Virus record (IMG/VR): IMGVR_UViG_3300035109_000054
Coordinates: 1-26,060 of that record
Direction: 5' to 3' (one strand)
DNA from: a virus
Lineage: Duplodnaviria > Caudoviricetes
DNA: 26,060 bases
A program made the position numbers and the translations under genes. Under the pieces are notes generated by a model. The model made no database searches, was not told where the DNA came from, and worked only from the letters and a program-made list of their open reading frames with translations. Shown in pieces: positions 1 through 5,882 of this stretch (position 1 is its first letter; each line of letters opens with the position of its first letter).

Positions 1-168
1 CGCGAATTCGTCCCGGTCGCCCTCGTCATGCGCGTCACGCGCCGCCGTCTCGCAGCGGCCGAAAAACTCGCAGGTCTCCAGCGCCGCGCGGGCGCTGTCG
101 ATCCGCGTCACGCGCTGGCCCGGGTTTAGGCGCGCGATTTTCGGGAAGGGGATGATTTGGCCGGGCAT
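1..168 (-). CDS. Hypothetical early protein, runs off the left edge (MPGQIIPFPKIARLNPGQRVTRIDSARAALETCEFFGRCE...)
   Basis: Read manually and absent from the ORF track. ATG at 168, GGGGGAG SD 8 nt upstream, frame open to position 1. Confidence 0.6.
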   Translation of the reverse strand, partial: MPGQIIPFPKIARLNPGQRVTRIDSARAALETCEFFGRCETAARDAHDEGDRDEFA

Positions 169-173
169 GGCCG

Positions 174-254
174 TCACTCCCCCCAAATCGCGAAGCCGGC
201 CGCCATGACGGCGCAGCCAAGGAAGAGCGGAATCATCGGGATTAGATTTTGCAT
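174..254 (-). CDS. 26-aa hydrophobic micro-protein MQNLIPMIPLFLGCAVMAAGFAIWGE
   Basis: ATG at 254 with GAGG upstream, TGA at 176-174. It fills the gap between neighbouring leftward ORFs and has one TM-like stretch. Confidence 0.5.
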   Translation of the reverse strand: MQNLIPMIPLFLGCAVMAAGFAIWGE

Positions 255-261
255 CTTGGCC

Positions 262-447
262 TCACGCGGCGAGTTTGAGTTGGTGGGCGTGCTTGGCGAC
301 GCGCCAAGCGATCTTCATGGCCTCCGACCATGACACCGGGCGGCCGAACGCCTTGCGCTGCCGGTATTCGCGCCGCGCGCGGAGCATGATCGCGCGGCGG
401 TTGTAGCGGGCGGGGCGCGAGGCGGGTTTTCGCCGCGGGGCGCTCAT
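262..447 (-). CDS. Small basic phage protein (MSAPRRKPASRPARYNRRAIMLRARREY...WSEAMKIAW)
   Basis: ATG at 447 overlaps the upstream TGA (ATGA coupling). 61 aa, Arg-rich. Confidence 0.65.
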   Translation of the reverse strand: MSAPRRKPASRPARYNRRAIMLRARREYRQRKAFGRPVSWSEAMKIAWRVAKHAHQLKLAA

Positions 448-977
448 GGCCTGTCTTCCCGGTCGCCGCGCGCCGCATATGCGTCCCTGGCGCGGCGGAC
501 GCAGCGACGATTGACCTCGCGCACGTATTCGGCGTCGTCGAAATCCCATTGGGATTTTTGGCGGAGGATGTCGGCGCCGACCGCGAAGGCTCGGGCGATG
601 AACACGCCGAACAATCCGACGGCGGCGGCGACCAGCACGGCCGCGACAGTGATCCAAACCACGTCGTAATCGGGCGGGATGATCGCCACGGCGAGCGAGG
701 CGTTGTGCGCCGCCGCCGGGGTCGCGGCTGACATGGCGGGGAGCGCGGCGAGCGCGAGGCGGCGCTCGCTGGCGGCGCGAAGGATCGCGTCGCGGCCGAG
801 CCGCGCCACGTCGCCGGCGGGAAAGCGCAGCCGATGCAGCGCGAGAAGGGCCTCGGCCTCGCCCCGGCGCATCGCGGGGTCGGGGAGCAGCGCCGCCATC
901 AAGGTGATTTGCGCGGCGTCGTCGGTGGAATCGTCGTCGTCGGAAAGTTCGTGATTGGGGAGGGATGGGGCGTGCAT
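444..977 (-). CDS. First gene of the leftward early operon, membrane-anchored hypothetical protein
   Basis: Likely ATG at 977, just downstream of PL. Hydrophobic segment VVWITVAAVLVAAAVGLFGVFIA. Confidence 0.65.
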   Translation of the reverse strand: MHAPSLPNHELSDDDDSTDDAAQITLMAALLPDPAMRRGEAEALLALHRLRFPAGDVARLGRDAILRAASERRLALAALPAMSAATPAAAHNASLAVAIIPPDYDVVWITVAAVLVAAAVGLFGVFIARAFAVGADILRQKSQWDFDDAEYVREVNRRCVRRARDAYAARGDREDRP

Positions 978-1010
978 CGCGGGGTCTCGTCGGGTGAAGT
1001 GACGAAGCCC

Positions 1011-1063
1011 AGTGTTGCGCATTAGGAAACTAGCGTCAATAAGATTGTTTCTTGATAAGCAAC
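1011..1063 (-). promoter_or_regulatory. Leftward early promoter PL with two 17-bp operators (OL)
   Basis: -35 TTGACG (1039-1034), 17-nt spacer, -10 AACACT (1016-1011). Operators GTTGCGCATTAGGAAAC (1014-1030) and GTTTCTTGATAAGCAAC (1047-1063) match the OR palindrome. Confidence 0.75.
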
Positions 1064-1100
1064 TTTGTCGGCAGTTCAAGCTAATTATGGTTTATGAACG

Positions 1101-1134
1101 AAAAAGCGCCGGGCGGATGGGCCGCGCCGGCGCT
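1101..1134 (-). terminator. Intrinsic terminator closing the leftward repressor/immunity transcript
   Basis: Stem AGCGCCGG...CCGGCGCT followed by a T-run on the minus strand (A-run from 1101). Confidence 0.65.
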
Positions 1135-1154
1135 ATGAAGAGGCTTGGATAATG

Positions 1155-1193
1155 AAAGATTGGGTAGTGGGTCAGACCCACTACCAAAGATTG
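1155..1193. mobile_element. Collapsed IS scar: 23-bp fused inverted repeats flanked by an 8-bp direct repeat
   Basis: AAAGATTG (1155-1162), GGTAGTGGGTC-A-GACCCACTACC (1163-1185), AAAGATTG (1186-1193). Confidence 0.7.
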
Positions 1194-1519
1194 GGTAGTG
1201 TCTCAGTTTGAAATTTGGTCCCCTTGACGCGGGCTCGCGCCGCACTCATTCCGTGGTATGCTTAGCGGAAAGCAGGAGGGCGGAATGACCACGCTAGACG
1301 AACAAGCCGCCGCGATTGTGAAGGGTTTTGAGCAAGAGCGCGACGACACTCTTGCCGACTCGCCTGAATTGCAGCGCCTCGTAGATTTGACCTCTTTGGA
1401 GCGCCAGATATTGGCACATGCCGCCATTAGGGCGCTTCGCGCGTCCGGCTACGAAATCGTTCGGAGTAAGAATGCCAACCGGACCTAAAGGCGAGAAACG
1501 CCCCGCCGACGTGATCGGC
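1194..1519 (+). mobile_element. Truncated end fragment of an IS1-like element, no transposase
   Basis: GGTAGTGTCTCAGTTTGAAAT (1194-1214) resembles the terminal IR I recall for alphaproteobacterial IS1-like elements. It is followed by a small ORF and the MPTGPKGEKRPADVIG peptide I associate with such elements. Confidence 0.55.
1285..1488 (+). CDS. Hypothetical 67-aa protein, probable IS passenger
   Basis: GGAGG SD at 1275-1279, ATG at 1285, extended -10-like TGGTATGCT at 1254-1262. Confidence 0.6.
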   Translation: MTTLDEQAAAIVKGFEQERDDTLADSPELQRLVDLTSLERQILAHAAIRALRASGYEIVRSKNANRT

Positions 1520-1609
1520 AGCCTTCGCCAAATGTTCTTCAATTTTCTCCGCGGCGCGAGCCATAGTCCCGAGTTGCGCGGCAAGGAGTGGTCTCGGACC
1601 GCGACGTGA
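1472..1609 (+). pseudogene. Truncated small basic IS-associated protein (MPTGPKGEKRPADVIG...)
   Basis: GGAG SD and ATG at 1472. The recognisable N-terminus ends after about 16 codons and the rest does not resemble the family as I recall it. Confidence 0.5.
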
Positions 1610-1702
1610 TGAACTTGATATTTAACGCGGTAGGAACACTTTACGCCCGCATGTTTGGCGAACATTCGCGGATGCGGCGATCGCCTCCGCCGCGCAAATC
1701 CC

Positions 1703-2107
1703 CTATTTGCCGCGCAGTTTGGCCAACAAGCGGTTGCCGATGAGATCGGAATCATTTCCAGGCGCGCTCGGCTCATTTATGTCGAGAACAGGGCGAGCGA
1801 CTTCGCGTCTTGAAACGCGGGCGTTCCTAACGATTAGATCGCCATGTGAAATTACCGCGAGAGCGGCTGAAATACACGCTAGCGCGATTGGCCTTGCATA
1901 GAGGGCGGTCGCATAAGCGGACGTCCCCATGCCAATCATACCGTCTTTGGCTGATGTAAGTTGCCACTGTAATTCGGCATAAATAAACGAGATCACAGCT
2001 AATGTTAAAAATACGACGGAGAAAAATCGAGACGCTTTCCATCCGCTTGGCTTTATCTCAAATTCTTCCGTTTCGCATTCTGAACGACGCTCGTTGCCAG
2101 TTGTCAT
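1703..2107 (-). CDS. Inner-membrane protein with two predicted TM helices, immunity-region accessory
   Basis: FFSVVFLTLAVISFIYA and PIALACISAALAVIS segments. AT-richer than the flanks and co-oriented with the repressor gene. Confidence 0.7.
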   Translation of the reverse strand: MTTGNERRSECETEEFEIKPSGWKASRFFSVVFLTLAVISFIYAELQWQLTSAKDGMIGMGTSAYATALYARPIALACISAALAVISHGDLIVRNARVSRREVARPVLDINEPSAPGNDSDLIGNRLLAKLRGK

Positions 2108-2140
2108 CTAGTATCCCCTATCTATGCGCGGCGCACGGGG

Positions 2141-2545
2141 TCATTTTCCGGCGACCGTCGCGGGCCGAGAGCCGGCGAGCCTTTGGCGTTCCCGCGCGGT
2201 CGCGGCAAAGGAATCCAGCATTGCTTGGGCTTGGTCAGCCGGCGCCATGACATAACCCTTGCTGGCCATGCAGCCCTCGAAAACGCCTACCGCCGCTTGC
2301 CCTCTGCGATTTTCCTCGATGGAATGCGCTATGATTCCGCCATAATAGTTAGTTCCGGCGGAAAGATCGGCTTTTTGCGCGTCGCCGCCGCAGACCGTCT
2401 TATCGATAAGAACCTGTTGTTCCAAAGCGGCGTTGCCGGTGACATGCTGCCCGTCGGTGCGTATCAAAACTCTAGGCGGAGGCGGTGAGGCGCAAGAGGA
2501 AAGACCAAGGACCGTGCACGCCAAGGCGAGCATTCTCTTTTTCAT
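2141..2545 (-). CDS. Lipoprotein, superinfection-exclusion candidate
   Basis: Signal peptide MKKRMLALACTVLGLSSC ending in a lipobox (LSSC). AAGGGA SD. Starts 20 nt downstream of the repressor stop. Confidence 0.75.
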   Translation of the reverse strand: MKKRMLALACTVLGLSSCASPPPPRVLIRTDGQHVTGNAALEQQVLIDKTVCGGDAQKADLSAGTNYYGGIIAHSIEENRRGQAAVGVFEGCMASKGYVMAPADQAQAMLDSFAATARERQRLAGSRPATVAGK

Positions 2546-2565
2546 AAACACTTCCCTTCAAACAA

Positions 2566-2952
2566 TCAGCGCTTTGGCGCGCGAGGTTTCTTAGGCTTTG
2601 TGGGGATCGACTTTTCTTTGTGGGTTTCCTCTTCCCGAGGGAAGGAGGCGCGGAGGGCAGTCACCATTCTTTGCAGCTCTTCTTCGCTTCGATTGCGAAA
2701 AAAATGAGAAAGCCAATCGTCTTCTGGATGGCGGAATAGAACGGGCGGGTCGACGTGGAGAAAAGTAGCCAGCAGCAAGAGGTTATCTTCAGACGGTAGC
2801 TCGCCGGAGCACCACTTCGAGACGGTTCCCTTATTGACACCCAAGTCCCTTACGACGTCCGCCTGCGAGAGGCGGCGATGGTCAATCCACTCCTTTATGA
2901 AATGGATTCGTATCGGCGTTTTATCCGCATGAATTCTCGATATTTTCGCCAT
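2566..2952 (-). CDS. CI-like XRE helix-turn-helix repressor, 128 aa, no peptidase S24 domain
   Basis: HTH LSQADVVRDLGVNKGTVSKWCSGELPS, divergent from a cro-like gene. ATG at 2952 preferred because the longer ORF runs through the operators. Confidence 0.85.
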   Translation of the reverse strand: MAKISRIHADKTPIRIHFIKEWIDHRRLSQADVVRDLGVNKGTVSKWCSGELPSEDNLLLLATFLHVDPPVLFRHPEDDWLSHFFRNRSEEELQRMVTALRASFPREEETHKEKSIPTKPKKPRAPKR

Positions 2953-3047
2953 GTTACGTATGATAGGAAACACGGAACGCCTCGTCGTTAAGCCATAAGG
3001 AAACTTTTCGCTTGACGCATGTTGCTTATTAGGCAACCATATAGGCC
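2953..3047. promoter_or_regulatory. OR switch region: PRM-like and PR promoters with three operators
   Basis: GTTGCTTATTAGGCAAC (3021-3037) plus partial sites at 2988-3004 and 2955-2971, both ending AGGAAAC and spaced 33 bp. PR -35 TTGACG at 3012-3017. Leftward -10 TATCAT at 2965-2960. Confidence 0.78.
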
Positions 3048-3311
3048 ATGGAACATCCGCTTCGCACCTATCGGAAGAAGGCCGGCATCTCGCTTGAACA
3101 GCTTGGTTTAACTGTGGGCGTGACTAAGGGCTTCCTCAGTAAAATAGAGTCAGGACATCAAGCTCCCTCCCTGAAGCTCGCGGTTAAAATCAGCGAGGCG
3201 ACTCGAGGTGTGGTCTGTCCGGCCGATCTCTTGGCGGCTGGAACGACGGACTCGGATGAGTGCGCCGCCGCGCTGTCGCTGTCCCCTTCCAATCACAAGG
3301 CCGCCTCATGA
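3048..3311 (+). CDS. Cro-like XRE HTH regulator
   Basis: LRTYRKKAGISLEQLGLTVGVTKGFLSKIESGHQAPSLKLAVKI, divergent from the repressor. Confidence 0.88.
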   Translation: MEHPLRTYRKKAGISLEQLGLTVGVTKGFLSKIESGHQAPSLKLAVKISEATRGVVCPADLLAAGTTDSDECAAALSLSPSNHKAAS

Positions 3312-3403
3312 TCGGCGCCTCCCCCTTTCGCGCCGCTTTTGGCGCAACACCTCTTCGCGCGGATGGGCCGCGCGAGGTTCGCAGTGAGGTTGCCTCGCTT
3401 CGT

Positions 3404-3466
3404 AGCCCTCCTTGGGCGTTTCCTCCCTTCACTTCCCCGCGCGGCGCCCGTCGCGCGGGGCTTTTC
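3404..3466 (+). ncRNA. suhB / alpha-r8 (MmgR/GsrN-like) small RNA
   Basis: Hairpin GCCC-TCCTT-GGGC (3405-3417), decamer TTTCCTCCCT (3419-3428), ACTT, then a GC hairpin (3435-3460) and CTTTT. The 5' end is approximate. Confidence 0.72.
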
Positions 3467-3495
3467 AATTTGTTCCTTATTCCGGGGTCGACATC

Positions 3496-3747
3496 ATGAC
3501 CGCCCATCCCGCCCGCGCCGCCGGTTGTTCGGCGGCGGAGATTCGCGTGTTCGAGCGGATCGCGCTGGGCGACACCGGCGGGCATGACGCCGGCCTGATC
3601 GCCAGCCTCGAAATCTCCGGACTCGTGACGAAGCAACGGCGCGAGGGCTCTGGCATGCTCGGCGGCTATTCCTGGTTCGAGCCCGTTCTGACGCTCCGCG
3701 CCCGCGCGGGTTACGACGCTTATTTGGCTAACCCGCGTTCGCCATAA
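3496..3747 (+). CDS. Hypothetical protein, possibly winged-helix-like
   Basis: ATG at 3496, 83 aa, IASLEISGLVTK...LTLRARA pattern. Confidence 0.55.
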   Translation: MTAHPARAAGCSAAEIRVFERIALGDTGGHDAGLIASLEISGLVTKQRREGSGMLGGYSWFEPVLTLRARAGYDAYLANPRSP

Positions 3748-3837
3748 CGAACGCGGCTTCACCCGCGCCGCCCGGCGCGCAAATGGTTCGCGCTCGCTCG
3801 ACACGGCGCGAAACTGGCGGCTTTCCCGAGCCGCCTC

Positions 3838-3888
3838 AGTGAGTGGCGAGTAAGAGTGAGTGACGAATAAGAGTGAGTGACGAGTAAA
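3838..3888 (+). repeat. Three tandem 17-bp repeats
   Basis: AGTGAGTGGCGAGTAAG / AGTGAGTGACGAATAAG / AGTGAGTGACGAGTAAA, intergenic. Confidence 0.9.
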
Positions 3889-4003
3889 AGCGTAATCGTT
3901 GCGTGGCGTTGCTTTGCGTTGGCCGCTCCGTCCAGTCCCGCTGGCGGAGCGGCTAAGTATTTCCTCCCGACGCCCGCAATATCCTTTGTTGGAGTCATCG
4001 GAA

Positions 4004-4387
4004 ATGTCGAAAGTTTTGGACAATGGCGCGGCGCGCCAGATCGTCGACGCGCATCAAACGCAGGCCGAACGCCTTGCTTTCATCGAGCGGTCGTTCGCGC
4101 GGCGGCGGAACATCAAGGTCGAATATGCGCGCGAGCCGGTGGCGCGCGCGCTGGGGGTTTCGCAGGGGACGATCGAACGGATTCGCGGCAAGCGGCGCAA
4201 GACGGTCGATCACGAGATTTACCAGCGCGTGGCGCGGCTGTTCGTCGAATGCGTCAATGAGGAAATCGCCGCGCTCGAACACATGCGCGACCTCGCGCGC
4301 TATCGCGGCGAGCCGCCGCACGAAACGCATGTTTGTGAAATCGAGACGTATCTCTCGATCGTTCGAAGATTGTTGGAGGAGATGTGA
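4004..4387 (+). CDS. HTH DNA-binding protein in the cII position
   Basis: GGAG SD at 3991-3994, ATG at 4004, HTH-like REPVARALGVSQGTIERIRG. Confidence 0.7.
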   Translation: MSKVLDNGAARQIVDAHQTQAERLAFIERSFARRRNIKVEYAREPVARALGVSQGTIERIRGKRRKTVDHEIYQRVARLFVECVNEEIAALEHMRDLARYRGEPPHETHVCEIETYLSIVRRLLEEM

Positions 4388-4641
4388 GCCGCAAGACCGA
4401 GGAACGCGCGCGCGGCGACGGCGATTTCGTCGAGGCCGCGCATGTCGCGCAAATGTTCAAGGACATCGCCCGCGGCTCGCGAAATTGGGCCGTGCTGCCG
4501 TCGTTCGCGCGCGAGGCGCTGGACGGGTTGTTCGTCGCGCTGGCGCGCGTGCTTACCGGAGATTGGCGGCGCGACGATCATCTCGACGATTGCGCGATAT
4601 CGGTCGATCGGATTCGCAAACTCCAGAGAAAGAAACCATGA
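4384..4641 (+). CDS. Hypothetical phage protein
   Basis: GTG start overlaps the upstream stop, GGAGG SD, ATGA coupling to the next gene. Confidence 0.7.
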   Translation: MSRKTEERARGDGDFVEAAHVAQMFKDIARGSRNWAVLPSFAREALDGLFVALARVLTGDWRRDDHLDDCAISVDRIRKLQRKKP

Positions 4642-5117
4642 CGCTGATTCCGCGTGACGAGGGCGAGCGCGCTTATGCGCTCGCGCATGAGATGGCGCTG
4701 AAACTTTCGACCCGGCGGCAGGCGCGCGCGGTGGAAATTTCTCGCGCGCGGCACCTCGCCTATGGCGTGTTGCGGCGGCTTTATCCGGCCGTCGCCGCCG
4801 CCGATGTGGCGCGCGCGGTCGGCTATGAGGAATGCGAGGTCGACCGCGCCGCGTCGCGCTATGTCGCGATGCGATGCCAACAGCGCAAGGCGGCGAGCGA
4901 GCTGCGCGACAATTGGCATGACCACGATCTCGAGACCGCGTTGATACGCCGGCTTGCCGGCCTCGCGCCATGCGAGTCGCGTGGCCGCGTCGAGGCGCCG
5001 TCTCGGCCCGCGCCGCGCCCTTCTTTCATGGTTCAGCGCGGCTTCGGCGGGCGGCGCGTCGTGGTCGAGATTTTCGAACGCCCGCGCGTGCCGGCGGTTT
5101 CGGGGATGCGCGAATGA
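4638..5117 (+). CDS. Hypothetical protein with DnaA domain IV-like HTH resemblance
   Basis: ATG at 4638 coupled to the upstream stop. ISRARHLAYGVLRRLYP..AADVARAVG echoes the DnaA C-terminal helix pattern. Confidence 0.55.
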   Translation: MTLIPRDEGERAYALAHEMALKLSTRRQARAVEISRARHLAYGVLRRLYPAVAAADVARAVGYEECEVDRAASRYVAMRCQQRKAASELRDNWHDHDLETALIRRLAGLAPCESRGRVEAPSRPAPRPSFMVQRGFGGRRVVVEIFERPRVPAVSGMRE

Positions 5118-5443
5118 GCAACCGATTGTCGGAGGCGGGGTCGCGGAGGATTAGCGACGGCATGCGCGCGAACTGGGCCGATCCCGAATGGCGCGCGAAG
5201 CGATGCGCGCGGCTGTCGGATGGTCAAGTCGCGCGTTACGCGCGCGAGGCGCTCAGTCCCGCCGAGGCAATGCGACGCGCGAACATTAGCGCGTCGATGA
5301 ACGCGAACCGCGAGGCGTATGTTCTCGTGCCGGGGTGGGTGCCGTCCGATCTGCGCGACGATTATCGCGATTTCACGCGGCTCTACGGCGAGGAAATCGC
5401 CGCGCGGGAAATTCGCGCGATGAAGGCGGAGGCGCGGGCGTGA
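5114..5443 (+). CDS. Hypothetical protein with NUMOD3-like basic repeats
   Basis: ATGA coupling at 5114. RRISDGMRANWADPEWRAK and RRANISASM repeats. Confidence 0.6.
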   Translation: MSNRLSEAGSRRISDGMRANWADPEWRAKRCARLSDGQVARYAREALSPAEAMRRANISASMNANREAYVLVPGWVPSDLRDDYRDFTRLYGEEIAAREIRAMKAEARA

Positions 5444-5444
5444 G

Positions 5445-5882
5445 ATGAGCGAGCGGAAGAAATACGACGTCGAGAAATTGCGCGATCTATTGCGCGGCCT
5501 CGAAACGGCGGCTGGCGCGGATCGCCGGATGGACTGCGCGCTGCATGATTTTTTCGGGTTTACGAAAGAGGAGCATTGCCGCGATTGGTGTCGGGGGGCT
5601 GTTCGGACCGATCTGACGCGCCTCCACTATCTCGCGGCATGGGCGAAGTATTTTACCTCGTCGCGGGACGCCGCGACCGCGTTGCTCGAACGGGTTTTGC
5701 CTGGGTGCGGCGTCATCGAAGCGAAGGGGCGTCTTCGGCCCGAAGAGCCGTTATACGGCGCGGTAATTTACGCGGATTTGACCTCGCGTGATGAACTGGG
5801 CGCGGCGGAGGGCAATGCGCCCGCGCTAAGTTTATGTCTCGCGATTTTGCGCGCGCTGATCGCGATCGAGGAGGTGGCGTGA
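5445..5882 (+). CDS. Conserved-looking phage hypothetical protein
   Basis: ATG 1 nt after the upstream stop. FTSSRDAATALLERVLPG and APALSLCLAILRA motifs recall common phage early proteins. Confidence 0.7.
   Translation: MSERKKYDVEKLRDLLRGLETAAGADRRMDCALHDFFGFTKEEHCRDWCRGAVRTDLTRLHYLAAWAKYFTSSRDAATALLERVLPGCGVIEAKGRLRPEEPLYGAVIYADLTSRDELGAAEGNAPALSLCLAILRALIAIEEVA

Noticed and set aside
1080-1096. Possible third left operator at the next 33-bp step
   Set aside because: GCTAATTATGGTTTATG does not match GTTKC-N7-GMAAC in either orientation.
2953-3036. N-terminal extension of the repressor ORF given by the track (start 3036)
   Set aside because: It overlaps all three operators and PR. ATG 2952 fits the promoter geometry better.
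3308-3499. 63-codon ORF with ATGA overlaps to cro and the next gene
   Set aside because: It runs through the sRNA and terminator and encodes a Pro/Arg/Ala-rich unconvincing peptide. It could be a coupling or attenuator ORF but I cannot support it as a protein gene.
3838-3888. Repeats considered as a mini-CRISPR array
   Set aside because: The units are directly adjacent with no spacers, are only 17 bp, and no cas genes are present.
3899-3912. TTGC-N6-TTGC, matching the lambda CII binding motif
   Set aside because: It is in the wrong orientation for a PRE-like leftward promoter, has no suitable -10, and an 8-base match is plausible by chance.
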